Shown: in pieces, positions 20,942-31,450 of the stretch
How the letters are laid out: each line of letters opens with the position of its first letter
Position numbering within the stretch: position 1 is the stretch's first letter
From: an uncultured Candidatus Saccharibacteria bacterium
GTDB taxonomy: Bacteria > Patescibacteriota > JABMPQ01 > JAQVVF01
Reading direction: 5' to 3'
NCBI GenBank assembly: GCA_964574655.1
Contig: CAZNOH010000001.1
Location: forward strand, 471,020 to 535,019
Length of the DNA: 64,000 nt
Program-made: the position numbers and the translations under genes
Notes under the pieces: model-generated
The model's database searches: none
The model's input: the letters and a program-made list of their open reading frames with translations, nothing else
What the model was told of the DNA's origin: nothing

Positions 20942-20954
20942 TGTGGATAGTTAT

Positions 20955-23900
20955 TTATTTAACATTTAATTTAAAGTTATCAAAGGATAAATCGATATTA
21001 TCATCATTACCATCTTCAAGAGATATCTCGATGCTTTGTATATAAACATTATTGGAATCTCTTTGTTGAAAGATTAGATTATTATTTTGCCAAAATTCTA
21101 CTTTGTCTTTGTCTTTATTTATTTTTAGTTCATTCCATTGATTTAGATTAAATTTAGATGGATATCTGCTTTGATTATTTTGAGAATCTCTAAATACGAT
21201 CATTGATTTCGGATTAGTAATAGTAATTTTGTTTACAATATTATTATTGCTGTCGATCAGGCTTATGTTTAACTTTGGTCCATTTTGCCATTTAGATGTT
21301 TTGGTCATTATCGTAAAATCTACTTCATTGAAACAACCGTAAATGTCCTTGGAAATTTTTCCTTGTTGTGATAAAAATTTTAAGGATTGTTTTCCGTAAA
21401 AAGAATCTTCTTGATTGAATAATAATTCCCATGGACGATTAATTAATTTGTCTCTAGAATAATTTTCATCCTCAAAGCTATCAAAGAATTCTTTACTAAA
21501 ATTATATTTTTCAAAAATTTGTCTAAAATTGTCTGAACAATAATCTCGATTTTCAAAATCAGTTTTATTAATTGGCAAATCATTACGTTCAACTTTAAAA
21601 TTTGAGAGTCGGATACCATTATTATTATTGATAATAATTTCATTATTATTATCATCGTAAATTTTAAGGAGTATCTCGTTTTCTTGTGGTTTTAAATTGG
21701 GTAAATCAATAGTAATATTTTGTTCTTGGCCAACTTTCATAATTGGAATGTCAATCTCTTTAAGCTCTGCTTCATCTAACCAATCTTCATTTAAAAACAA
21801 TTTAATTGTCCTTGATCTATTGTCAAAATTCTCGACTTTAAAAGATAAAATAGCATTGACATTGCTTTCTTCTTGATTGTTAATTGTTATTCTTGCATTA
21901 TTATAAGCAACATTAAAGAAACGATCAGTTTGTTTTTCCCATTCATTTATCCCCCAATTTCCTGTGAAGCCTAATAGTAGCTGTTTACTAACTTCTTTAG
22001 GCTTAATTTGTAGAACAACAATTTGATTATCATTAAAAGGAACATTTTCTACGTCAAAATTATTAATAATGAATTTAGTTAGATTAGAAAAATCCTTTAC
22101 ATTTAGCCAATCTTTGTTAATTGCTAAGTACCTTATATTATATCTATTTAATGTATCTTGTCCAGATGAATAATAATAATCTTTATCAAATATATTAAGC
22201 GTTTGCCTTAAATCAAGATTATTAAAAAATAATTTATCCAAAACTGGAATGTTAGTTATTTGAGCATTTTCTTCATCTATCAAGTCTTTTATAAAAATAA
22301 ATTGGGAATTATCTTTTAGACTGTCAATTTCAGCTGGCAACATCAGAATTTTAGAATCTGAGTCTAAACTGTTGTAAAAATTAGGAAGAAAATTATCATC
22401 GTAGATTTTTTTATATTTTATGGCATAAAATAAAACTGATTCTGTTTTATTGCCCTCAGCAATATTAATATTCTGTCCTTCAAAATCTTTGACCTTAAAT
22501 GAGATGGTTGATTGACCAGGTCGAATATTTTTTAAATCGATAAGATATGCTTTAGGCTGATTGACAATAGTTAAATCAGTGATTTTTGTATTATTTAAGT
22601 AAATCTCAAGTTTTCTTGGTTCGTTATTTGCTTTTGCATTAAGATAAAGCTCAATATTTTTATTATCATTAGATGGATTATCTAAAACTAAAGTTGAATT
22701 ATTAAGCATCCAATGCTCTTGCAAAATCTGTTTCCTTTTTTCATTGATTAAGATACTTTGATCAAAATCATCCTGTCCCCAATTCTGTCCTTGATAAATC
22801 GTAACTTGATCGTTTTTTTGTCCGGTAATTTCATATACCAGTTCATCCCCTATTGTTTGCCAATTGCCTTGAGTATTTTCTTTGAGAAACTTGATCGTTT
22901 TCTGAAAACTAAATAAATTTTTAAAATTTTTCTCTTCCCAATTATTTTCACTGACTTGAAATTTTTGCGGTATTGTTTTTTGAATAAATTGGCTGTCAAA
23001 AACAATATATTTTATTTTTTCATTAGCTAAATAATCAGTAAAAGTTTTTGTGTAATCTGGTTGAATAAAATTGGCATAATTTATTTCTCTGCCTTGTGGC
23101 AAATTATCAATAAACGCAGAAACCGGAGTTTTTTTGTTAGATTGATTTAAATTATCAAAGAATAATTTTTGATTAGAAATAATTTTTGATTTATTTTCAT
23201 AATTTTGGTAAAGAAAATTTCCTGGTTCCTGCAATGGGACATTCAGGTAGGCTATGTTTTCATCTGATTTAAGATTGGCGTAAAATGAAGACGTTGTTGG
23301 TCCTGGTTGCCAGATTAACCATGAGCTGAACAGAATTAAAAGAAAGAATGCGCCCAAAATTAAAGTTTTTATTTTTGGGGAATAATTAATTTTTTCTAGA
23401 AAGAATTTGAAGCCAAAGGAAATGAAAATTATGAAGAATAATAAACTGAAGATTAAGAAACTTTTTGGGTCGATTGTCTGATTGAAATATGGAAAGAAAC
23501 GATATAGAAAAAGATAAGGTAAGCTAATTTTTGGCGAAATTATGTTTTGTTGGAAGATTAAATATGGACCAAAAGAAAAGATGATAAATATTATTGATAA
23601 AATAAACGAAAAAATGATATATTTGTTTTTTTGATATGACCTAAATGCAAAGACAATAAAAATTAATAACAGAAATATAAAAATAACGCTTAGGCAAATT
23701 ACTGGCGAAAACTTGAACAAAGCTGATTGGGTAAAGTCTAGAAGCTTAGAAAGGTCTAGAGAATTGCTGATAAATAGTTGACCGTCTAAGTCAAAAGACT
23801 GAATTTGCCTTAACGGCCAATAACATTTTAGGCTAAAAACGATGATTAACAGCAAAATAAAGCTTATTAATTTGGTCAATTCTTTAGATTGATGGATGAA

Positions 23901-24500
23901 ATCTTTAAATTTTGGATAAAGAACAAAAATTATTACTATAAATGATAATAATAAAGCCGCAATGCTAAAGAATAAATTGTAACTGCAGATAAATAAGTAG
24001 AATAAACATGCCAGCAGGCCGAATTTAATACTTGATTTTTCTAAAGACTTTAGCAAGAAATAAATAAAAAATAAAACTAAAATTAACGGATAACAAACAA
24101 TTGACGCCAAGCCGAATAAAATTCCGCCGAAAATTGCGCTAAGCTTACTTTCTTGATGCATCAGATAGTCAATCAGCAAATAACCGCCAAAAGCGCCAAA
24201 TGGAAAAAAGAGAATTAAAAATAAATTGAAGCCCAATGGTTCGGAAAAGATTAGATGAAATAAATAACCAATTGCTGAGGGACTTAAAATATCGTAAACA
24301 GCAGTAATTATAGTTTGGCTGTTTAAATTTTGAAATACTTTAATGACTTCAAAGTATTTGGCGTTGAAAGAAAAAACATCTAGATTTAGCGCTAAATTTT
24401 GGTTAATTAAAAATATGGCCGGCAAAATGATAATTATGCCTAAGCTAAAATATAGAATAAAAATTGATAATTTTAGATGTTTTTTAACAAAATTAATCAT
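20955..24500 (-). CDS. giant integral membrane protein (about 1180 aa): N-terminal polytopic GT-C-like domain plus an about 800-aa extracytoplasmic N/Q/K/D-rich domain
   Basis: The ORF-track start at 24560 adds an unlikely MAFWANLYFICANIKIKKKP. The internal MINFVKKHLKLS at 24500 is the more plausible start. About 12 TM segments in the first 420 aa, then a long soluble region. Confidence 0.6.
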   Translation of the reverse strand: MINFVKKHLKLSIFILYFSLGIIIILPAIFLINQNLALNLDVFSFNAKYFEVIKVFQNLNSQTIITAVYDILSPSAIGYLFHLIFSEPLGFNLFLILFFPFGAFGGYLLIDYLMHQESKLSAIFGGILFGLASIVCYPLILVLFFIYFLLKSLEKSSIKFGLLACLFYLFICSYNLFFSIAALLLSFIVIIFVLYPKFKDFIHQSKELTKLISFILLLIIVFSLKCYWPLRQIQSFDLDGQLFISNSLDLSKLLDFTQSALFKFSPVICLSVIFIFLLLIFIVFAFRSYQKNKYIIFSFILSIIFIIFSFGPYLIFQQNIISPKISLPYLFLYRFFPYFNQTIDPKSFLIFSLLFFIIFISFGFKFFLEKINYSPKIKTLILGAFFLLILFSSWLIWQPGPTTSSFYANLKSDENIAYLNVPLQEPGNFLYQNYENKSKIISNQKLFFDNLNQSNKKTPVSAFIDNLPQGREINYANFIQPDYTKTFTDYLANEKIKYIVFDSQFIQKTIPQKFQVSENNWEEKNFKNLFSFQKTIKFLKENTQGNWQTIGDELVYEITGQKNDQVTIYQGQNWGQDDFDQSILINEKRKQILQEHWMLNNSTLVLDNPSNDNKNIELYLNAKANNEPRKLEIYLNNTKITDLTIVNQPKAYLIDLKNIRPGQSTISFKVKDFEGQNINIAEGNKTESVLFYAIKYKKIYDDNFLPNFYNSLDSDSKILMLPAEIDSLKDNSQFIFIKDLIDEENAQITNIPVLDKLFFNNLDLRQTLNIFDKDYYYSSGQDTLNRYNIRYLAINKDWLNVKDFSNLTKFIINNFDVENVPFNDNQIVVLQIKPKEVSKQLLLGFTGNWGINEWEKQTDRFFNVAYNNARITINNQEESNVNAILSFKVENFDNRSRTIKLFLNEDWLDEAELKEIDIPIMKVGQEQNITIDLPNLKPQENEILLKIYDDNNNEIIINNNNGIRLSNFKVERNDLPINKTDFENRDYCSDNFRQIFEKYNFSKEFFDSFEDENYSRDKLINRPWELLFNQEDSFYGKQSLKFLSQQGKISKDIYGCFNEVDFTIMTKTSKWQNGPKLNISLIDSNNNIVNKITITNPKSMIVFRDSQNNQSRYPSKFNLNQWNELKINKDKDKVEFWQNNNLIFQQRDSNNVYIQSIEISLEDGNDDNIDLSFDNFKLNVK

Positions 24501-25104
24501 AGGTTTCTTTTTTATTTTTATGTTGGCGCAGATAAAGTATAAATTGGCCCAAAACGCCAATAACTAGAAAAAGATAAGCTAAATTTGCTGATCGTTCAGC
24601 AATCGGTTCGTATTTAAAGAATAAGAAAAATGGACAAAGAATCAAAAAAAACAGAGCAAGAATTATAAAAGCGCGTGGTTCTTTAAATTTGAGAAGTATA
24701 TTTTTAATTGCCAAACCAATTGGGCCATGATTTAAAGCAAATGTCATTATGCTTAAAAATAAAACTGCGTAAGTCAAGCGATATGGAAAAAGTTGAAATT
24801 CTTGGATGTCTGGTTGAGCAATAACTGTTTCCATCAAACCGATAAGATCAATGCTTAGAAAAAAAACGACTAGGCTAAGAATAATTTGCTCATTTTTCAA
24901 ACCGTTATAACTAGTTACGCGATTAAGAATATAAAGAAACAGAATAGATGATAACAAAAATAAATAGTTAATATTTTGCCAAATCAAGAAATGTGGAGAT
25001 ATTACTTGAGCAATAAAAGTAATCATAAAAATGACTAAAAAAATCCAGGAAAATGAGTGTATTGTTTTGTATTTGATGTTTAATGACGTGCTACTAAATT
25101 TCAT
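24493..25104 (-). CDS. polytopic membrane protein (hypothetical)
   Basis: 203 aa, 5-6 hydrophobic helices, between two GT-C-like genes. Confidence 0.45.
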   Translation of the reverse strand: MKFSSTSLNIKYKTIHSFSWIFLVIFMITFIAQVISPHFLIWQNINYLFLLSSILFLYILNRVTSYNGLKNEQIILSLVVFFLSIDLIGLMETVIAQPDIQEFQLFPYRLTYAVLFLSIMTFALNHGPIGLAIKNILLKFKEPRAFIILALFFLILCPFFLFFKYEPIAERSANLAYLFLVIGVLGQFILYLRQHKNKKETYD

Positions 25105-25165
25105 TTGACAAAAGGATAAGTTAATTTTATTGTAGCAAAAAATAGATTATTTAAAAGACTAATTT

Positions 25166-26902
25166 TTACTTTATTTTATAAATATAAGTTTGACCAAAAC
25201 GCTGAATTAATTCCAAGTTTGGATTAATGTTCTTTGGATTAATACTTCTGCTCAATATTTTTTCTGGCGGAATCTCTGTTCCCCTCCAAAATGGTTTATT
25301 ATACTGGTCTTTATGCACAAAGACGTAATTGGCGCCAAGTTTTTTCAAAGTAGTTACGCTATTTGGATTTGTAATATCGTAAATTTGTAATCGAATCTGT
25401 TCCTTGCCTGTTGTATCTGGTTCTGGCTGGCCGTTAATCATTGGCTGATGATGATATCTTTGCCAAAATAAATATGTTGGAGTTGGGCTATAATTTGTAT
25501 TAACGTAAGGATATTCAGCGATAACAGTATTTCTGGGTTGATTTTTAAGCCAGATATATTCTGCAGGAGGCTGACTAACATCAGTTGTTTTGAATGATGG
25601 CAATAAATCAAGAATAATTATAATAAAAATTATAGTAAAAGCATGAATTATTAGGCGCTTAATTGGAATATATTTTAATAATTTGGATGTTTTAAAATAT
25701 TCAAATAAATATTTTAGACCAACACCAGCCAAAACTGCTATTGAGAGACTGACTAAAACAAATAGTCTAGAATAAACTCTGAATTGAGGTAGAATCTTAT
25801 AGATCCAGTGCGATGGAGATATGGGTGGAGAAAATGAGAAAATAGTTGCTGTGATAGCGGTAACAATGAATAAGATCATTATAAAATCTAACTGTTGATT
25901 TTCAGTTTTTTCTTTACGCCATTTATAAATTGCATAAATTGCTAATAAGATTGCTGGAATACTCAAATATGCTAGATATTCGAAATCTGGAATCCCTTGG
26001 CCATGATAAAATATTTTGTTATAAAAATCACCAAATAAATAATTATCTTGCGAAGGGACAAGAAGATATTTTATACTTTGTTGGCCCCATCGAGCTAAAT
26101 CTTCAACTGGACGTGAAAAACTTAACATTCCGCTATTGGCTTCTTTTTTTTGACTTAAAATTATAGGGGTTAGATAACTGCCGATTAGGATAAAAACTGT
26201 TAAGCAAAAAACTGCAGCAAGTTTTAGTTTTTGTTTTGTAATATGGCTTTTGATGACAAATAATCTAACTGATAAAAAGATTATTAAAAAGATACTTAAG
26301 AATAAACCGTAATAATAATCAGTAAAGAAATTTAAGGCAAAAAATATTCCCGAAAAGACAGCATAGCGATATTTTTTTGTCTCGACTAACTTCAATATGG
26401 ACAATGCAAAAAAAGGAAACCATTCAATATTTGCTAAGGTTGTATGACCAGTTACTCGAATAAAATGATATGGTGAAAACGAAAAAATTAATGCCGAAAT
26501 AACACTCGCCCATCGATTTTTTGTTATGTAAAGAACCAGCAAATACATACCGATTGCTGACAAAGGAAAGCTAATCCAATTTATTATGTTGTAAACTGCT
26601 ATTTCATTTACAAAAATATTCAAGAACGATATGATGTGGTTCCAAATGTAGTAAACATTATTTTGCGCATTGCGTCCGTCTGGAAAATTAATTAAAGAAA
26701 AATTGTTTTGATCGAGATTATTTGTAGTACTATACTCTTGCCACCAAATAGAATAGATTCCTCCAAAATCATCCCCTCCTCCAGCTCCTGAAATTGTCGA
26801 GCTTGGGTGCAAAATTGCGGGATAGAACAAAACACTGATTGCAATAAAAAACAAAAAAATCCAGATTTCAGGTGTTTTCAAAATTTTAAATATTCTTGTC
26901 AT
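25166..26902 (-). CDS. polytopic membrane protein, putative GT-C-type (YfhO/ArnT-like) glycosyltransferase
   Basis: 578 aa, more than 10 TM segments, and a conserved acidic loop ISGAGGGDDFGGIYSIWWQE after TM1. Confidence 0.55.
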   Translation of the reverse strand: MTRIFKILKTPEIWIFLFFIAISVLFYPAILHPSSTISGAGGGDDFGGIYSIWWQEYSTTNNLDQNNFSLINFPDGRNAQNNVYYIWNHIISFLNIFVNEIAVYNIINWISFPLSAIGMYLLVLYITKNRWASVISALIFSFSPYHFIRVTGHTTLANIEWFPFFALSILKLVETKKYRYAVFSGIFFALNFFTDYYYGLFLSIFLIIFLSVRLFVIKSHITKQKLKLAAVFCLTVFILIGSYLTPIILSQKKEANSGMLSFSRPVEDLARWGQQSIKYLLVPSQDNYLFGDFYNKIFYHGQGIPDFEYLAYLSIPAILLAIYAIYKWRKEKTENQQLDFIMILFIVTAITATIFSFSPPISPSHWIYKILPQFRVYSRLFVLVSLSIAVLAGVGLKYLFEYFKTSKLLKYIPIKRLIIHAFTIIFIIIILDLLPSFKTTDVSQPPAEYIWLKNQPRNTVIAEYPYVNTNYSPTPTYLFWQRYHHQPMINGQPEPDTTGKEQIRLQIYDITNPNSVTTLKKLGANYVFVHKDQYNKPFWRGTEIPPEKILSRSINPKNINPNLELIQRFGQTYIYKIK

Positions 26903-29261
26903 TGATTTTTTTTGGTTTTCTAAATAAGAATATCGTTAAGACTATTAATGTATACAGTATAATAGCAATTGTTGATATTATCATTCCTATATAAAAAATT
27001 CTCTGCGGAACAAACTCGATCATTATCTCGTAATTTTCTTTTCCTTTGCTATCATTTGGTTCTATTAACCATGAATTTGCAAAATTGTTGACAACATAAT
27101 GTTTGTCATCAGCTATTGGTTTGTTTCGCCATGTGCTAAAAATAGATTGTTTTTTTTGAGAATCAACAAGATATATCTTCCAATTTTTATTGTAGCTATC
27201 TAAAAAATTTAGCAGATAGGAATTTTTTGCACCAGTAACTTGAACTTTATATTTTGTTGGAGATATTTGATTAAAAACTATTTGTGGAGCACTTAATGAA
27301 GGGTTATTTTCAAATTTTAGATCATTACCATCTTTTGATAAAATGATTGATGGCTTCTCTTGCTTTGGCTTTTTTAGATTATTTTTTAAATAGTATAAAT
27401 ATTCATTCAATCCGCCCTCGACATAAATAGGGTTTGTTGAAGCGTAAATTTGAGGCAGTAAATAATCATCGTTTATTTTATAAAAATCAATTTCTTCAAA
27501 TGATTTATCAAATGATATCTCGTTTTGATTTGATAATACTTTTTTAATATCTTTTGAATCTAACTGATATGGAGTATTGAAATAATAATTTAAATCATTA
27601 TGAACAAGAATGTATTTTACGTTGGTTAATCCTAAAGCCTTAATCCCTACATCAGCTGTGCTATCCATCTGAAACAAATTAAATAGCTTTTGGATATAGA
27701 TACCATCCTTACCAACTAAAACCGATGGCGTCAAAATTGGTCTTTGAAAAATTTGTACTGCTGGATCCTCACTGCCCCCATACCCAAATCGCCAGTCATA
27801 TGAAGCACCTTCTTGATGCGGAAGTGAAATGATTTTAAATTCTTCTGGCTGATCTTTTAACCAAGTTTGTGCTTCATAATAATTATCAGGTATTTTTACA
27901 TGAGCAGAAGGGGTTTTGCTGTAGTTGTCAGGAATAAGATCGCCAGTCCAGTATGGCCACATGTAAACACCGAACATCAAAATTAATACAGATGGTACAA
28001 AAATTTGTGCAATTTTTGGGCTTCTCTTTTTAATAAAATCATATCCATATCCAATGCTCGATCCGATAATCATTGAATAACCAATAGCTACGATTGTGCC
28101 AAATTTTTCATATTGATTTCTAAAAGCCGAAAAAAAAGAAACACTGCTAAATATCCATTCACTTAAGCCTTTCAATGGCTCATGAGCTCCTTTCATTAAA
28201 AATAAACCAATCAAAAATAGAATTGCAAAAAAATACATAATCTTTTTTTTCTTTCTCAGAAAAAAGATTGATGCCAGCAAAGGAGCTATAAAACCTAATA
28301 ATATAAAAATTGAAGATCCATAAATATTCGCCCATGCAAAATATGGCTCGCCTGCTGTATTATTAGAATAAAATGACCATGGACCGAATAAGCGATATAA
28401 ATTCAGTATGCTTGTGTTTAAACTACTCCCTTGAAAAACCGATAATGTTCCTCCCGTAGCTGATGCACTTTCCATTTCCGAGCTTAGATTAAGAATTATT
28501 GGTAATATCCACCAGGTATTAAATACAATGAAAAGTACTAGAATGATAACTGAAGAAAAAAAAGCTGATTTTATTTTTTTCTTTTCATTTTTATTTATAG
28601 CTATGTAATAAATAAAATATAAAAATAGAATTAGAAATAAAACTAGCGCATATGCCGGATTTGCAACGGCAATGGGAAATATAACAGTCGCAATTATCAA
28701 AAATAATGTTAAGTATTTAAGCTGGAATCTATCTAGCATCTTTATATAGGTACAAAGCATTAATGGTGCTATTGTATAAAAAAATGCTAGTCCAATAAAT
28801 ACTCTCCAGAATGAAAAAAGCGCAAAGAAATTAAACATGTAAAAGAAGGTTGTAGATAAACTAATAATATTCTTTCTTTTGTCTTCTGCGAAAGTACTTG
28901 AGGCTAGATAATACATTGAGAGACCAGAACCAGCAAAAATTCCATAAAAAATAATTTTTTCTGCAATAATCTCAGATGAGAATATTGCTTGAAATACTGC
29001 AAGAAAGAGTGTCAAAAAAGATGCTGCGAGAATTCTCATATTTACTATTCCTGTAGCATAAAGATGATCCCATGATGACAAAGATCTAATGGCGTTTTCT
29101 GTTGTCATTTGAGGAAGAAAAAAATCACCATTGCTTATGAATAAATCTTTTTCAAACCATGTCAAAGACAATAAACCAATCGTTAAAATAAATAGAATAT
29201 TAACGATTTTAGAATGTTTCTGATAGAAATTGCTAATTGTTTTTTTTATTTTTGCGAACAT
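26886..29261 (-). CDS. large polytopic membrane protein with extracytoplasmic C-terminal domain and terminal TM anchor, putative GT-C glycosyltransferase
   Basis: 791 aa. N-terminal about 450 aa multi-TM, then a soluble region and a final hydrophobic helix (MIISTIAIILYTLIVLTIFLF). Confidence 0.55.
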   Translation of the reverse strand: MFAKIKKTISNFYQKHSKIVNILFILTIGLLSLTWFEKDLFISNGDFFLPQMTTENAIRSLSSWDHLYATGIVNMRILAASFLTLFLAVFQAIFSSEIIAEKIIFYGIFAGSGLSMYYLASSTFAEDKRKNIISLSTTFFYMFNFFALFSFWRVFIGLAFFYTIAPLMLCTYIKMLDRFQLKYLTLFLIIATVIFPIAVANPAYALVLFLILFLYFIYYIAINKNEKKKIKSAFFSSVIILVLFIVFNTWWILPIILNLSSEMESASATGGTLSVFQGSSLNTSILNLYRLFGPWSFYSNNTAGEPYFAWANIYGSSIFILLGFIAPLLASIFFLRKKKKIMYFFAILFLIGLFLMKGAHEPLKGLSEWIFSSVSFFSAFRNQYEKFGTIVAIGYSMIIGSSIGYGYDFIKKRSPKIAQIFVPSVLILMFGVYMWPYWTGDLIPDNYSKTPSAHVKIPDNYYEAQTWLKDQPEEFKIISLPHQEGASYDWRFGYGGSEDPAVQIFQRPILTPSVLVGKDGIYIQKLFNLFQMDSTADVGIKALGLTNVKYILVHNDLNYYFNTPYQLDSKDIKKVLSNQNEISFDKSFEEIDFYKINDDYLLPQIYASTNPIYVEGGLNEYLYYLKNNLKKPKQEKPSIILSKDGNDLKFENNPSLSAPQIVFNQISPTKYKVQVTGAKNSYLLNFLDSYNKNWKIYLVDSQKKQSIFSTWRNKPIADDKHYVVNNFANSWLIEPNDSKGKENYEIMIEFVPQRIFYIGMIISTIAIILYTLIVLTIFLFRKPKKINDKNI

Positions 29262-29262
29262 A

Positions 29263-30174
29263 TTAACATTTATGCTGTATAACTAAAGATAGGCCTGCAT
29301 AAGTACCCTTAATATAGCTATATATGCCATCAAGTCTTTTATTGCGCAGAGATAATTGACTGTAATAGATAAAATAAACTGGCAAAAATAATAGAAATAT
29401 TCCAAAATATTTAGAATGTCTTTTCATAAAAATAATTCTATTGCGGGCAATATGGAATGTTTGTCCAACTAGCTTATCAGCCTTGCTGAGTTCTTTATGA
29501 TAAACAATTGATTTCGGAGCATACATAACTTTATAGCCATTTTTTTTGGCGCGAAAACAAAAATCAGTATCTTCATAATTATGAAAATAAATACTATCAA
29601 AGCTCTTTAAAATATTTAGTAAAGTCCTTTTAACTAGAATAATTGCTGTTGGCGCGACTTGGATTTCTCTATTTTTTTCATATTGTCCAACATCTTCTCC
29701 GTTATCAAAATGGATCTGACCAGTAACTAAATTAATTGATGTTCCAGCTGACCAAATCACTTTTGGATCGCTAAAGACAAGAACTTTGCTTGTGACAATA
29801 CCGATTTCTTGATCTAATTCACTCACTTTGACTAATTCTGATAGAGCGTTTTTTTTCAAAAAAATATCGTGGTCGGAAAATAAAACATAGCTGCTATTTG
29901 GGTCGCAATATTTTATACCATAATTCCTGCCACCGGCTCCTCCCAAATTTTCTTTAGGTTTGACAAGCTTTATTTTATTATTATGCTGATATAGTTTATT
30001 TAATTTTTGCCAAAATTCTGGAAGAGGAGAATTATCAACAATAATTATTTCAAAATTTGGATAATCTTGATTTATAACAGAATCAACGACATTATAAATG
30101 TCTTGGTTATTGTAATTTGGAATGATTATTGATACTTTTGACGTTCCAGCTCTATCTATCATATTTTTAAACAA
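29263..30174 (-). CDS. glycosyltransferase family 2
   Basis: VSIIIPNYNNQDIYNVVDSVINQDYPNFEIIIVDNSP motif. Confidence 0.8.
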   Translation of the reverse strand: MFKNMIDRAGTSKVSIIIPNYNNQDIYNVVDSVINQDYPNFEIIIVDNSPLPEFWQKLNKLYQHNNKIKLVKPKENLGGAGGRNYGIKYCDPNSSYVLFSDHDIFLKKNALSELVKVSELDQEIGIVTSKVLVFSDPKVIWSAGTSINLVTGQIHFDNGEDVGQYEKNREIQVAPTAIILVKRTLLNILKSFDSIYFHNYEDTDFCFRAKKNGYKVMYAPKSIVYHKELSKADKLVGQTFHIARNRIIFMKRHSKYFGIFLLFLPVYFIYYSQLSLRNKRLDGIYSYIKGTYAGLSLVIQHKC

Positions 30175-30321
30175 AATTGACTATAATTCCTAAATATAGT
30201 TTGTGTATATATTTTACAATAAAAATAATAAGAATACTAGAACCAAATTCGAGCTAATTTGATTGAATTATAATAATAAATATTCTATGCTGTATTAATG
30301 ATAAATTAGCTTATTATTTGA

Positions 30322-31410
30322 ATGAAATATGACTATTTAATAGTTGGCTGTGGTTTTGCAGGAGCCACATTAGCAAGAAAATTAGCTGAAGAAAAAAATA
30401 AGAAAGTCTTAATTATTGATCGTAGAAACCATATAGGTGGCAATAGTTTTGATTATGTTGATAAAACTGGCGTCTTGATCCATAAATATGGACCGCATTA
30501 TATCCACACTGATTATAGAGATGTCTGGAATTTTTTAAGCCGTTTTACGGCCTGGAGAAAATACAGATATGTTTCCAAATCGATGATAGATAACGAATTA
30601 TATGATTTCCCTATTAATTTAAATACAATAAATAAGCTTTATGACAAAAATTTATCGCCTTCAGAAGCAAATAAATTTTTAGAAAAACAAAGGATTATAA
30701 TTAAAAAGCCAAAAAATTCAGAAGAACAAGTAATTTCTCAAGCGGGTTGGAAAATTTATAATAGTTTATTCAAAAATTATATTAAGAAACAATGGGGTGT
30801 TGATGCGAAGGAACTAGAACCATTGGTGGCAGCTAGGATTCCTATTCGTTGCACTCGAAAAATTTACTATTTTGATAATCTTTTTGAAGGAATTCCAAAA
30901 GATGGCTATGCACAATTATTTAAAAATTTATTAAATCATAAAAATATTGATATTAAGTTAAAAACTGATTTTTTTACAAACAAAAAATCTTTCGAGTATG
31001 AAAGATTGGTATATACAGGCTGTATTGATGAATTCTTTAATTATAAATATGGCAGATTACCATATCGCTCTCTTTATTTTAGACAAGAGCATTACAATAA
31101 AGAATTTTATCAACCATATCCTCAGATTAATTATCCTAATGAAAAAAAGTTTACAAGAATAATTGAGATCAAGCATATAACAGGGCAAAAAATAAAACGC
31201 ACAACAATTGTAAAAGAATTTCCTAAAAGCTATGGAGATCCATATTATCCAATTCCTGCCAAAAAAAATGAGCTGCTATATTCAAAATATAAAGCCGAAG
31301 CAAAGAAGCTGAAAAATACTTACTTTGTTGGAAGACTGGCTCAATATAAATATTTTAATATGGATCTAGTCGTCAGAGAAAGCTTAGATCTTTATAAAAA
31401 ATTGATTTAA
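30322..31410 (+). CDS. glf: UDP-galactopyranose mutase (copy 2, divergent paralog)
   Basis: IVGCGFAGATLA, NHIGGNSFDY, KYGPHYIHTD, YFVGRLAQYKYFNMD. The same signatures as copy 1 but clearly diverged. Confidence 0.88.
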   Translation: MKYDYLIVGCGFAGATLARKLAEEKNKKVLIIDRRNHIGGNSFDYVDKTGVLIHKYGPHYIHTDYRDVWNFLSRFTAWRKYRYVSKSMIDNELYDFPINLNTINKLYDKNLSPSEANKFLEKQRIIIKKPKNSEEQVISQAGWKIYNSLFKNYIKKQWGVDAKELEPLVAARIPIRCTRKIYYFDNLFEGIPKDGYAQLFKNLLNHKNIDIKLKTDFFTNKKSFEYERLVYTGCIDEFFNYKYGRLPYRSLYFRQEHYNKEFYQPYPQINYPNEKKFTRIIEIKHITGQKIKRTTIVKEFPKSYGDPYYPIPAKKNELLYSKYKAEAKKLKNTYFVGRLAQYKYFNMDLVVRESLDLYKKLI

Positions 31411-31411
31411 C

Positions 31412-31443
31412 AAAAAAACTGCAATATTTTTGCAGTTTTTTTG
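31412..31443. terminator. bidirectional Rho-independent terminator between convergent glf and the reductase gene
   Basis: aaaaactgca-atattt-tgcagttttt hairpin flanked by A-run and T-run. Confidence 0.7.
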
Positions 31444-31450
31444 TTAGGAA

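Noticed and set aside
20955-24500. 1180-aa membrane protein as an STT3/AglB/PglB oligosaccharyltransferase
   Set aside because: No WWDYG/DK-type motif or recognisable STT3 loop signatures could be found by eye. I left it as a generic GT-C-like protein.
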